Positions 18,628 through 28,113 of a stretch of 64,000 nucleotides of DNA are shown here, in pieces. Positions within the stretch are counted from its first letter, which is position 1. Each line of letters begins with the position of its first letter. Both the position numbers and the translations under genes were made by a program. The notes under the pieces are model-generated. The model ran no database searches and was not told the origin of the DNA. It saw only the letters and a list, made by a program, of their open reading frames with translations. Source of the DNA: Nitrospirota bacterium (lineage in GTDB: Bacteria; Nitrospirota; Thermodesulfovibrionia; Thermodesulfovibrionales; UBA1546); contig WPIF01000003.1 of the NCBI GenBank assembly GCA_009773185.1, positions 12,760-76,759 on the forward strand, given 5' to 3'.

Positions 18628-18969
18628 ATGGGGTGCATTTTTTGCAATATTATAGAGAAGAAAATACCTGCCAGGATAATTTACGAAGACGGCCTTGTTT
18701 TGGCCTTTGAGGATGTTAATCCGCAGGCGCCTGTGCATGCCCTTGTGATTCCAAGAAAGCATATATCAACAAACCTTGATATTAAAAAGGAAGACCATGA
18801 ACTTATCGGGCACATGTTTCAGACAGCAAACAATATCGCAGAAGATAAAGGTATAGCAGGGCGGGGTTTCAGGCTTGTGATGAACTGCAACCCTGAATCA
18901 GGGCAGACTGTTTTTCATATTCACCTTCATATCCTCGGCGGCCGCCATATGCACTGGCCTCCGGGCTGA
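18628..18969 (+). CDS. HIT-family nucleotide hydrolase (HinT-like)
   Basis: CIFC, PQAPVH, GQTVFHIHLHILGG. Confidence 0.95.
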   Translation: MGCIFCNIIEKKIPARIIYEDGLVLAFEDVNPQAPVHALVIPRKHISTNLDIKKEDHELIGHMFQTANNIAEDKGIAGRGFRLVMNCNPESGQTVFHIHLHILGGRHMHWPPG

Positions 18970-18989
18970 TTGATACAAAGGGTTCAAGT

Positions 18990-19018
18990 GTCCGCCCCAG
19001 CGGATTCTCCGGGGCGAA
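18990..19018. repeat. Hairpin element related to 1745-1790, between convergent HIT and polX
   Basis: GTCCGCCCCAGCGGATTCTCCGGGGCGAA. Confidence 0.5.
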
Positions 19019-19025
19019 GAGGTTT

Positions 19026-20744
19026 TTACCTCTTCGTTTTTAGCGCCTTCATAAGCTGCTCATATTTCAGCGTATTAAGCACATCCTTTTTCTCAAGCCA
19101 CCCTCTTCTTGCGATTGAAACACCATAGTGCATGAAATCAAACTGCGTTATGACATGCGTGTCTGTGCTGATTGCAAATTTAACACCGAGTTCCTTTGCC
19201 TGTTTAACATAAACATCACTCAGGTCAAGTCTCAAAGGATATGCATTTATCTCAAGCGCAGTTCCTGTCTTACTCGCCATAGTAAGAACCTGCTCCATGT
19301 CAATCTCATACGCATCTCTTTCTCCTATGAGCCTTCCTGTCGGATGAGCGATTATCGAGACATAAGGATTTTTCATTGCAGAGACGATTCTTTTTGTAAG
19401 CTGCTCTTCAGGCTGCCTGAAACCTGAATGTATCGAGGCAACGACAATATCCATCTTTGAAAGGATATCATCATCAAAATCCATCCTGCCGTCACTTTTT
19501 ATATCAACCTCAATCCCCATGAGGAGCTTGAACCCCCTGAGTTTTTTATTCAGGCTATCCACCTCTTTTTTTTCTTCCATCAGCCTTTCTTCACTCAGGC
19601 CCCTTGCAATTCCAAGCCCTTTTGAGTGGTCAGTGATTGCAATATATTCATATCCCCTTCCCCTTGCCGCGTCAATGAGTTCTTCAAGCGTATGGCTGCC
19701 GTCACTTTGCCTTGTATGCACATGAAGGTCTCCTTTTATATCACCAGGCTCAACCAGATGCGGAAGAGCATTTTTTTGGGCAGCCTCTATCTCTCCCCTG
19801 TCCTCTCTCAATTCAGGAAAGACATACTGAAGTCCGAGAATCCTGTATGTGTCCTCTTCATCCTTGCCGCCGAGTTTTTTATTGTCCTTCTCCCTGAATA
19901 TCCCGTATTCATTTATCTTAAGCCCTTTTTTTACAGCCATTTCCCTTAATCTGATATTGTGCTCCTTGCTCCCCGTGAAATAGGCCAGGGCAGCGCCATA
20001 AGATTCATCCTCAACTACCCTCAAATCAACCTGGAGCCCTTGTTTTATGACAATGCTGGATTTTGTAGGCCCGTGCATTAAAATCTCTTTTACATGCGGA
20101 AGATGTACAAATGCCTTCATTACATCATGCGGATTTTTTGATGTTGCAAGGATATCAATATCCTTTACCGTATCCTTCATTCTTCTCAGGCTTCCTGCAA
20201 TATTTATTTTTTCAACGTGAGTGGCTTTTCCCAGTTGCTCGACAATTTCAGATGCTATCGGCAGGACCCTTCCCAATGGCTGTCTCTCTTTGCCCCTTTT
20301 TAGCATTTCAATGCCGCGGAGAATATTTTCTTCTGTCTTTTCTTTTATTCCGGGAAGGCCGCTTACTTTATGCTCTCTTGCAAGTTTCTCAAGTTCATCC
20401 ACATTTTTGATTTTTAATTTTTCATAGAGAAGCTTGGCTGTCTTCGGCCCAAGGCCCGGGACAGAAAGAAGCGCTGCAAGACCTCCAGGGACTTCTTCTT
20501 TGATATCCTCGAGGCTTTTAATCCTGCCTGTTTTTATATATTCCTGAATCTTCTCTGCAAGGTCATGCCCTATTCCCGGTATATCGAGGAGTTCATCTCC
20601 GGAAAGCGCGGTAACATCCTTTGCAAGCGCCTCAATGTTCTGGCCGGCCCTTCTGTAGGCCCTGATGCGGAAAGGGTTTTCGCCTTTTATTTCCAACAGG
20701 TCAGCTATCTCATTGAAGATATCCGCTATCTCCTGGTTTTTCAT
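19026..20744 (-). CDS. polX: DNA polymerase X / PHP 3'-5' exonuclease
   Basis: GENPFRIRAY, GSLRR...DIDIL, YFTGS..HN, PHP motifs HVHT..SDG, TDHS, AHP, TDTH. Confidence 0.95.
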   Translation of the reverse strand: MKNQEIADIFNEIADLLEIKGENPFRIRAYRRAGQNIEALAKDVTALSGDELLDIPGIGHDLAEKIQEYIKTGRIKSLEDIKEEVPGGLAALLSVPGLGPKTAKLLYEKLKIKNVDELEKLAREHKVSGLPGIKEKTEENILRGIEMLKRGKERQPLGRVLPIASEIVEQLGKATHVEKINIAGSLRRMKDTVKDIDILATSKNPHDVMKAFVHLPHVKEILMHGPTKSSIVIKQGLQVDLRVVEDESYGAALAYFTGSKEHNIRLREMAVKKGLKINEYGIFREKDNKKLGGKDEEDTYRILGLQYVFPELREDRGEIEAAQKNALPHLVEPGDIKGDLHVHTRQSDGSHTLEELIDAARGRGYEYIAITDHSKGLGIARGLSEERLMEEKKEVDSLNKKLRGFKLLMGIEVDIKSDGRMDFDDDILSKMDIVVASIHSGFRQPEEQLTKRIVSAMKNPYVSIIAHPTGRLIGERDAYEIDMEQVLTMASKTGTALEINAYPLRLDLSDVYVKQAKELGVKFAISTDTHVITQFDFMHYGVSIARRGWLEKKDVLNTLKYEQLMKALKTKR

Positions 20745-20781
20745 AAGTAAAGCATATCAAACCATGCAAAAATCAGGTTGG

Positions 20782-21402
20782 TTACATTGTTTTTCTTGTT
20801 GCATCAAACAGTAAATCCGAAGCGTCTTGCAGAGGCCCCAGAGGGTTTTTAGTCTCCTTGCTTTCATCTATTGCAGGCTTGCCTCCCCAGAGTTTATAGA
20901 CAACGGTATCATGAACTATGACAATGAGCGCTTCAAACTCCCATCCTGACTGGTGAGTTTTTCTGCTAAAGTTAAAAAGATCCAGCAGCACACTCCCGTA
21001 TCGTTGGCTCGCAATAAATTTTGGCTGAACCTCGTAAGCGCTGCAATTACTTTTTGCATCAATACAGGTCTGCAGCCCGTTATCAAGATCCTCTTTTTTT
21101 ATAGAGGGATTAGCCATAAAGCGCTGAATAATATCCAGATAGGTTATGATTTTTATATTAGGCGTTGAAAAAGGGGAGAAACCAAGCCGCTGCAGCTCTT
21201 CAGTTGATGTTTTGTAAAGGATTATCTTATCAAAGGCATTTTTAGCCTCATCAAAGGTTTCCCATGGCGACCTGGTTGTCTGCTTTACGCTTGGGAGCAG
21301 CGAGCCGCAGCCTGCCGAAGCCAAAACAAGGGCAAGAAAGGCCAAGGGCAGCAGTAATCCGGCAATCTCACGGAAAATTTCTGACATCTTCCGGCTCTTC
21401 AT
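20782..21402 (-). CDS. Conserved hypothetical lipoprotein
   Basis: Lipobox LASAGC after a hydrophobic stretch; fills the gap between polX and PBP1A. Confidence 0.75.
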   Translation of the reverse strand: MKSRKMSEIFREIAGLLLPLAFLALVLASAGCGSLLPSVKQTTRSPWETFDEAKNAFDKIILYKTSTEELQRLGFSPFSTPNIKIITYLDIIQRFMANPSIKKEDLDNGLQTCIDAKSNCSAYEVQPKFIASQRYGSVLLDLFNFSRKTHQSGWEFEALIVIVHDTVVYKLWGGKPAIDESKETKNPLGPLQDASDLLFDATRKTM

Positions 21403-21442
21403 ACTAAAATTATATCAAGCGGCCATTATGGAATCAACATCT

Positions 21443-21472
21443 TTGACAGGACTTTCAACTCAGGGGTATAAT
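21443..21472 (+). promoter_or_regulatory. Sigma70 promoter for PBP1A (very short leader)
   Basis: TTGACA 21443, 18 nt, TATAAT 21467; ATG 11 nt later with no SD. Confidence 0.6.
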
Positions 21473-21483
21473 ACTTTTCTAAA

Positions 21484-23793
21484 ATGAAATCAAGGGTTGT
21501 TATCTCTCTCATAATCATATCCATTGTTACCGGTGTATCTGTCGGAAGCTATCTTGCCATTGCAAGGGGAATTCCATCTATTGCTGAACTCAAGCAGTAC
21601 AAGCCCACCACCGGCACAAAGATATATGCAGACGATGACGTGCTTATCGGGGAACTCAAGGTTGAAAAAGGCATATTTGTGCCTCTGGACAGAATGCCGC
21701 AGCATCTTATAGATGCAGTGATCGCTACCGAAGATTCAAGGTTCTGGAAACATAAGGGGATAGATTATGTTGCGATCGGCAGGGCTGTCCTCAAGGATAT
21801 TATCCATATAGAACTTAAAGAGGGCGCCAGCACAATAACCCAGCAGCTTGCAAAGGTCGTGTTTCTTACGCCGGAAAAGACCCTTAAGAGAAAGATCAGG
21901 GAGGCATCGCTTGCAATAAAAATAGAAAAGAACCTTGATAAGAAAGAGATACTGGAGCTTTATTTGAATAAGATATATTTTGGCCACGGCGCATACGGAG
22001 TGGAGATGGCGTCCCGCGTATATTTCGGCAAGTCCGTAAGAGACATAACACTGCCTGAGGCAGCCATGATAGCAGCCCTTATAAAGGCCCCTTCGACATA
22101 TTCCCCATATAACAACCTTACAAAGGCAAAGGAAAGGCAGGATACGGTTCTTTTCCGGATGGAGGAAGAAGGATGCATTAAAAAATCAGAGAGAGAAAAA
22201 GCAGCAAAACAACCGCTATATTTATCGAGCCTTAGAAGAGGCATGGAGGCAAATAACTATTTTGTTGAATACATAAGGAAATATCTCGAAAGCACCTACG
22301 GCGAAGAAACTGTATATAAAGGCGGGTTAAAGGTCTATACAACGCTTGACAGGAGAATGCAGCTATCTGCCCAGAAGGCATTGCAGGAAGGGCTGAGAGA
22401 GCTTGACAAAAGGCGCGGCTGGAGGGGGCCGCTGGAACACAAGGAAATAGCTATTAAAAAAGAGCTGGAAAGCAAAGATGTATATAATTCCGTTATCACG
22501 GACGGAAGCGAGATAACGTCAGGCCTGGTGCTCAAGGCCGGTGAAAAAGATGCTGTTATCAAGACAAGAGGAATTATCGGGAGACTGTCTATAGAAGATG
22601 CCCAGTGGGCCGGCATTGCCGTAGACAAAAAAACAAAGAAGCCGGTTGCAGTTAAAGGCTTTAATCTTACGAAGATACTGGCCCCCGGTGATATGATTAA
22701 GGTGAAAATTAAAGGGGCAAAGGGCAAAGATATCAGCCTCTCTCTTGAACAGGAACCCGAGGTAGAAGGCGCTGTTGTTGCAATCGAACAGGGCACAGGG
22801 TTTATCAGGGCCCTTGTGGGAGGTTACGACTTTACAAAGAGTGAATTTAACAGGGCCATTTATGCAAAACGCCAGCCGGGCTCTGCATTCAAGCCAATAA
22901 TATACGCTGCTGCGATGGACAATGGGTTCACGCCGGCAAGCATAATAGTTGACGAACCGGTTACTTATACGGGCGGCCCAAAAGGCGACTGGAAACCGGA
23001 AAATTATGACCACAAACACTATGGCCCTACGCGGCTGAGGGATGCACTGGCATATTCCAGAAATGTTGTTACAGTAAAGCTTGTGGATGCAATGGGCGTT
23101 GGCAAGGTTATTGACTTTGCAAGGAGCATCGGCCTTGAAGGTGACATTCCGCATAATTTAAGCATAGCCCTTGGCAGCTTAAGCGTAACACCGCTGGAAC
23201 TTGCTTCAGGATACAGCGTCTTTGCCAACAGCGGGAATAAGATGAATCCAACGGCCATTAAATATATCACAGATTCAAAGGGCAGCATAGTTGCGAGCAA
23301 TGAGCCCGGGAGCACCCAGGCAATAAGCCAGCAGACAGCGTTTCTTATAACGTCCATGATGCAGGACGTTATAAATTACGGGACAGGCTGGAGGATAAAG
23401 GCGCTGGGCAGGCCTGCCGCAGGAAAGACAGGCACGACAAATGATTACAGGGATGCGTGGTTCGTGGGGTACACAACAGGCCTCACTGCCTGTGTATGGG
23501 TTGGGTTTGACGATATAAGGCCCCTCGGGTCCCAGGAAACAGGCGCAAAGGCAGCATCGCCAATATGGCTTAATTTTATGAGGTCTGCATCTGGTAGCGA
23601 AGAGCCTCTTGATTTCTCTGTGCCTGAAGGGATTGTACGGTATGCGATAGACCCGGCCACAGGGCTTTTGGCAAAAGAAGAAATCCCCGGTGTTCTGAAG
23701 GAATATTTTAAGGAAGGCACCCAGCCGACACAATTTGCAAGCTCGCCGATAATACCCGAGAAAAAAGATGCGGTGAATTTAGATTTTGATTAG
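21484..23793 (+). CDS. mrcA: Penicillin-binding protein 1A (class A)
   Basis: EDSRF, GASTITQQL, RK..E glycosyltransferase motifs; SAFK, SRN, KTG transpeptidase motifs. Confidence 0.95.
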   Translation: MKSRVVISLIIISIVTGVSVGSYLAIARGIPSIAELKQYKPTTGTKIYADDDVLIGELKVEKGIFVPLDRMPQHLIDAVIATEDSRFWKHKGIDYVAIGRAVLKDIIHIELKEGASTITQQLAKVVFLTPEKTLKRKIREASLAIKIEKNLDKKEILELYLNKIYFGHGAYGVEMASRVYFGKSVRDITLPEAAMIAALIKAPSTYSPYNNLTKAKERQDTVLFRMEEEGCIKKSEREKAAKQPLYLSSLRRGMEANNYFVEYIRKYLESTYGEETVYKGGLKVYTTLDRRMQLSAQKALQEGLRELDKRRGWRGPLEHKEIAIKKELESKDVYNSVITDGSEITSGLVLKAGEKDAVIKTRGIIGRLSIEDAQWAGIAVDKKTKKPVAVKGFNLTKILAPGDMIKVKIKGAKGKDISLSLEQEPEVEGAVVAIEQGTGFIRALVGGYDFTKSEFNRAIYAKRQPGSAFKPIIYAAAMDNGFTPASIIVDEPVTYTGGPKGDWKPENYDHKHYGPTRLRDALAYSRNVVTVKLVDAMGVGKVIDFARSIGLEGDIPHNLSIALGSLSVTPLELASGYSVFANSGNKMNPTAIKYITDSKGSIVASNEPGSTQAISQQTAFLITSMMQDVINYGTGWRIKALGRPAAGKTGTTNDYRDAWFVGYTTGLTACVWVGFDDIRPLGSQETGAKAASPIWLNFMRSASGSEEPLDFSVPEGIVRYAIDPATGLLAKEEIPGVLKEYFKEGTQPTQFASSPIIPEKKDAVNLDFD

Positions 23794-23800
23794 ATTGCAG

Positions 23801-24223
23801 TTATTTTTTCTTGGTCTTTTTTGAGATATACACAATGCAGTCTTCGCATATCTTGCCGCTTTCCTTGTTGCATATCATCCTGTTGAGCTCCCAGCAGGGC
23901 TTTGTCTTGTCTATATAAGCAGAGCATTTATTCTTCCTCTCTTCAGAACATACTGTTATCTCCCAGCAGGGAGCATATTCGAGGAGTTTCTTTATGCCTT
24001 CAATGCTTATTTTTTTGGTATGGATAAGCTCCCTTAAACATCTCAGCCACTTGATATCGTTTTCTGAATAAAATCTGTTTTTATTCCTGCGGGCAGGTTT
24101 CAGCAGCCCATGTTTTTCATAAAGCCTTAGGGTCTGGTCTGTTGTGCCTATTAATTCAGCCACTATGCCGATTGGGTACAGCGGCGCCTCTTTTTTTTCG
24201 TCTTCTGTCAGTTCCTTCTTCAT
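23801..24223 (-). CDS. MerR/HspR-like regulator with a Cys-rich (two CW) C terminus
   Basis: YPIGIVAEL...QTLRLYE..GL..P.R...RFYS; C terminus PCWE..C..C..PCWE..C..C..C. Confidence 0.85.
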   Translation of the reverse strand: MKKELTEDEKKEAPLYPIGIVAELIGTTDQTLRLYEKHGLLKPARRNKNRFYSENDIKWLRCLRELIHTKKISIEGIKKLLEYAPCWEITVCSEERKNKCSAYIDKTKPCWELNRMICNKESGKICEDCIVYISKKTKKK

Positions 24224-24335
24224 ATAACCTTTCTTCAGCTCTTTATCGCAAATTATAGCATATCGTTAAGACATTTATTAATCCCAGTTATTAAATATCA
24301 TTTGAATTAAAAATGCAAGGAATTTATTGTATGCC

Positions 24336-25712
24336 TTATATAAAAATCTTTCCGGGGTTCAGCAGGCCTTTAGGGTCAAAAATATTTTTTATGCCTTTCA
24401 TCAAATCAAGCTCGTGCTTTTTAATCTCCATGCCGATATAGGAGGCCTTTGTGATTCCCACACCGTGTTCCCCTGAAATGGTCCCCCCAAAACCCAGAGT
24501 CATGGTAAATATTTCCTTTACCAGCGCCTCTGCCTGCCGGTATCTTTCCGCATCATTCCTGTCAACCATGATATTTACATGGATATTGCCGTCCCCTGCA
24601 TGCCCGAAGTTTACTATCTTTATGCCGCTTTCTTCAGAGAGTCTTTTAAGATACTTAAGCATATCAGGTATCTTGTCCCTCGGCACAACAATGTCCTCAT
24701 TTATCTTTGTAGGGTTCAGGTTATAAAGCGCAGGCGATACTGACCGCCTTGCCTCCCACAACTTGCCCCTTGCAGCAGCATCTTCTGCCATCTTCACCTC
24801 GGCATTAAGCGAGGTGCAGATATCCGCTATTTTTGCCGCCTCTTTTGTTATGGCCGCAGGGTGGCCGTCGAGCTCGATGAGCAGTAGCGCCTCAACCCCT
24901 TTTGGAATACCAACGGGCTTGAAGCTTTCAACTGCTGCGATTGTTTCTGCATCCATGAACTCAAGTGTCCTTGGTATTACCCTGGATGCTATTATTTTTG
25001 AAACCGCAGTGCCTGAGGCCTCAAGGTTATCAAACATAACAAGCAGCGTAATAACCTCTTCCGGTAAAGGAAGTATCCTGAGGCGGATCTTTGTTATCAC
25101 TGCAAGGGTTCCTTCTGAACCCGTAAGCAGCCTTGTCAGGTCATACCCGACAACCCCTTTAGGGGTCCTTACACCTGTAGTTATAATCTCGCCATTGGGC
25201 AGGACTGCCTCAAGCTCCATCACATAATCTTTAGTGACGCCGTATTTCAGTGCCCTTGGCCCGCCGGCATTTTCTGCAACATTCCCTCCGATTGTGCAGA
25301 AGTTCATGCTTGCCGGGTCAGGAGGATAAAAGAATCCAAGGTATTCAAGCTCGCGCTGAAGCCTGCCGTTTATCAGCCCTGGTTCCACTATGACATTAAG
25401 ATTTTCAGTGTCAAGCGCTATGAGCCTGTTCATTTTTTCAAAGCTCAGTACAATAGATCCCTTCAATGGTATTGAGCCGCCTGTCATGCCGGTGCCTGCG
25501 CCTCTTGGCGTAACAGGGATTTCATTCTGCCAGGCATATCTCATTATCCTGACAACTTCCTCTGTGTTTTTTGGCCAGGCTACTGCGGAGGGAACTCCTT
25601 CAAGCCCTGAGGCATCAAAGCCGTAACAGACCAGGTCTTCAGGTTCTGTTGATATCTTTATATCGGGCAGTATATCAGTGATTCTGCTTATAGTGCGGCC
25701 CGGTGTCATCAT
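24336..25712 (-). CDS. FAD-linked oxidase, GlcD-like
   Basis: PRGAGTG, FYPPDPAS, GGNVAENAGG, GHAGDGNIH, GEHGVG, NPGKI. Confidence 0.92.
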   Translation of the reverse strand: MMTPGRTISRITDILPDIKISTEPEDLVCYGFDASGLEGVPSAVAWPKNTEEVVRIMRYAWQNEIPVTPRGAGTGMTGGSIPLKGSIVLSFEKMNRLIALDTENLNVIVEPGLINGRLQRELEYLGFFYPPDPASMNFCTIGGNVAENAGGPRALKYGVTKDYVMELEAVLPNGEIITTGVRTPKGVVGYDLTRLLTGSEGTLAVITKIRLRILPLPEEVITLLVMFDNLEASGTAVSKIIASRVIPRTLEFMDAETIAAVESFKPVGIPKGVEALLLIELDGHPAAITKEAAKIADICTSLNAEVKMAEDAAARGKLWEARRSVSPALYNLNPTKINEDIVVPRDKIPDMLKYLKRLSEESGIKIVNFGHAGDGNIHVNIMVDRNDAERYRQAEALVKEIFTMTLGFGGTISGEHGVGITKASYIGMEIKKHELDLMKGIKNIFDPKGLLNPGKIFI

Positions 25713-26332
25713 GTAATTCGCAGGGTATTTGTGTGGCAGAGGGCCAGGGCCAGGGCATCTGCACTATCCGCAGACAATTTGACTTTTAAATTCAGCACCA
25801 TTGCAACCATCTCCTGAACCTGATGTTTTTCAGCCCTGCCATACCCTACAACTGCTTTTTTCACCTCAAGGGCGCTGTACTCATAAACAGGAATCCCGCG
25901 GGAAGCTGCTGCCACAAGCGCCGCGCCCCTTGCCTGCCCGAGCGTCAGAGCCGCCTTTATGCTCTTTGCGAAAAAAACCTTTTCAATTGCAACCTCATCA
26001 GGAGAATATTCTTTTATGATCTCTGAAAGGCCGTTATAAATTTCCCTGAGCCTTGCATCGAGAGGCTGTTTGGAAGAAAGCATTATCCTCCCGGATGCGA
26101 CATAGGCTGGATTCAGCGCAAAAGTCCTGTTGGTTGCGACTCGATTCTCCGAGAAGTTCGAAGTGCCGGCCTTAAGGCCTTCCGTGCTTATGCGCCTTGT
26201 CGCTTCAGCGCTTATAATTCCATAACCACAGACAATACTTCCGGGGTCTATGCCGAGTATGAGCTTTGGCCTATTTTTTTCGTGGTGCCTCAAACAGTAT
26301 CTCCTCCACCATCTGGCAGAGGACATGGCCAA
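25709..26332 (-). CDS. ruvC: Holliday junction resolvase RuvC with a ~30-aa insertion; true start probably near 26290 (TTG) or later
   Basis: ILGIDPG, VAIEKVF, LGQARG, KKAVVGYGRAEK.QV, D.ADALA. Confidence 0.9.
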   Translation of the reverse strand: MAMSSARWWRRYCLRHHEKNRPKLILGIDPGSIVCGYGIISAEATRRISTEGLKAGTSNFSENRVATNRTFALNPAYVASGRIMLSSKQPLDARLREIYNGLSEIIKEYSPDEVAIEKVFFAKSIKAALTLGQARGAALVAAASRGIPVYEYSALEVKKAVVGYGRAEKHQVQEMVAMVLNLKVKLSADSADALALALCHTNTLRIT

Positions 26333-26855
26333 GCGTTATGTGGGTCTCCTGAATCCTCGGGGTATTATCAGACGGGACGATGAATGCATAGGTAGCCTTT
26401 GATGCAAACTTTTCTCCTTTAGCTCCGGTAAATGCTATTGACCTTAATTTCTTTTTCCTTGCCACGTCCATTGCCTTCAGAACATTAGCGGCGCTGCCGC
26501 TCGTGCTGATGGCAAGAACAATATCGCCTTCAGACCCGATTGCCTTCAGCTGTTTTGCAAAGATATCCGAATAGTCATAATCATTGGCAATAGCTGTGAT
26601 TATTGCCATGTCAGTGTTAAGTGCAATGGCAGGGAGGCTCGGCCTCTCTTTTTTGAATCTGTTGACAAATTCAGCGGCTATATGGGAAGCATCTGTTGCG
26701 CTCCCTCCGTTACCGAAAAGGATAAGTTTCTTGCCGTCGTTAAAAGTGTCAGCTATGACCTTTGATACTTCTACTATGGCATCAATGTTGTCTTTTACAA
26801 ACTTATCTTTAACGCTGATGCTTTCTTCAAATGCCTTTAATATTTTTTCTTTCAT
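26271..26855 (-). CDS. gmhA: Phosphoheptose isomerase
   Basis: GNGGSATDASH, ISTSGS, RIQETH; start set at MKEKI. Confidence 0.93.
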   Translation of the reverse strand: MKEKILKAFEESISVKDKFVKDNIDAIVEVSKVIADTFNDGKKLILFGNGGSATDASHIAAEFVNRFKKERPSLPAIALNTDMAIITAIANDYDYSDIFAKQLKAIGSEGDIVLAISTSGSAANVLKAMDVARKKKLRSIAFTGAKGEKFASKATYAFIVPSDNTPRIQETHITLGHVLCQMVEEILFEAPRKK

Positions 26856-26977
26856 GTCCAGGTTTTTTCCTTCGGGAAACAGAAGATTTATACAGATAGA
26901 GTAATTCAACCGGACTTTACATGTCAATTAAATTTTGGTTTAGTTTTTATCCGGAATAGAGCTAAAATAGAAATATA

Positions 26978-27409
26978 ATGATAAACATCCGTAAAAATGG
27001 CCAGACGCCTGATAATATGGAAAGGGCGTCAAGATTGCGGGAGGTCTTTGAAGCCCTCTGCGAAAGGAACAAGAACGTCCCTGTTATTGTAGAGGGCAAA
27101 AGGGATGCGGCTGCCCTCAGAGAACTTGGCCTTGATGGCGAGATAATAACACTTCACAGCGGGCAGAGCATTTATGATTTTTGCGAAGATATCTCTGAGA
27201 GATTCCACAGGGTAATAATACTCCTTGACTGGGATGAAAAAGGAGAAAGCCTGAGCAAGAGCCTGTGCAAACACCTGAACGGGCAGTGGGAGGAATTCTC
27301 AGCATTCCGGGAACTCCTGAAAATCCTCTGCCAGAAAGATATAAAGGACATCGAGGGGATACCAAAACTTCTGAGAAGGCTCGAGGCAGATGAAACTCCT
27401 TGGCAATAA
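26978..27409 (+). CDS. Small stand-alone TOPRIM-domain protein (likely start 27017)
   Basis: IVEGKRD (conserved E) and LLDWDEKG (DxD). Confidence 0.85.
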   Translation: MINIRKNGQTPDNMERASRLREVFEALCERNKNVPVIVEGKRDAAALRELGLDGEIITLHSGQSIYDFCEDISERFHRVIILLDWDEKGESLSKSLCKHLNGQWEEFSAFRELLKILCQKDIKDIEGIPKLLRRLEADETPWQ

Positions 27410-27737
27410 GGGTGAAGACCTTGCCGAGGGATTTTTAAAGAAAAAAGGATACAGGATAATCTCAAGGAACTACAAGACCCCCATAGGCGAGGTGGATATT
27501 ATTGCAGAAGATAAAGGCACAATCGTATTTGTTGAAGTCAAGACGCGGACAAATGATTCTTACGGCTATCCATTTGAAGCAGTTGATGCCAGAAAGCAGC
27601 GCAAGCTCAAAAACCTTGCCCTCTTTTACATGAAACAAAAGAAAAAGGAATTTGCCGTCAGATTCGATGTCCTGAGCATACACATCAGCAATGGCCAAAA
27701 AGAGGTAGAACATATTATGGATGCATTCGAGGTTTAA
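27390..27737 (+). CDS. yraN: YraN-family PD-(D/E)XK protein
   Basis: G..GE..A..FL, GEVDII, FVEVKTR, RFDV. Confidence 0.92.
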   Translation: MKLLGNKGEDLAEGFLKKKGYRIISRNYKTPIGEVDIIAEDKGTIVFVEVKTRTNDSYGYPFEAVDARKQRKLKNLALFYMKQKKKEFAVRFDVLSIHISNGQKEVEHIMDAFEV

Positions 27738-27820
27738 GGCTAATCACATTGCCCTGTATGATCGCGTATTCCGGTAACGTCCTTGAAATGATATTGATTT
27801 TTGTAATACTATATCAGAAT

Positions 27821-27906
27821 GCCGAAGTGGTGGAACTTGGTAGACACGCACGTTTGAGGGGCGTGTGGGGTAACCCATGCGGGTTCGAGTCCCGCCTTCG
27901 GCACCA
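27821..27906 (+). tRNA. tRNA-Leu (anticodon GAG), CCA encoded
   Basis: Acceptor GCCGAAG/CTTCGGC, anticodon stem CACGT/GCGTG with loop TTGAGGG, long variable arm, GGTTCGAGTCC T-arm. Confidence 0.97.
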
Positions 27907-27964
27907 TTTATCTCTCTTCTTTAGAAAAATAAATTTCAGCTAAAATAAAGTTGATATAGTCCAT

Positions 27965-28000
27965 AGTGCCACAGCACCTTTCCTTCCGCACTGTGGCACT
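27965..28000 (+). terminator. 10-bp perfect inverted repeat downstream of the tRNA (possible terminator, or repeat arm)
   Basis: AGTGCCACAG-N16-CTGTGGCACT; T-run only after a gap. Confidence 0.4.
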
Positions 28001-28113
28001 TAATTAGTGTTTTGGATAAGATGTCCCATAAATAAATATTTTACTATATACAAATTTTATGCTATTTTTGTAATATACGGTACTTTTGTAAATATAATAT
28101 AAGAAAAATAGCA

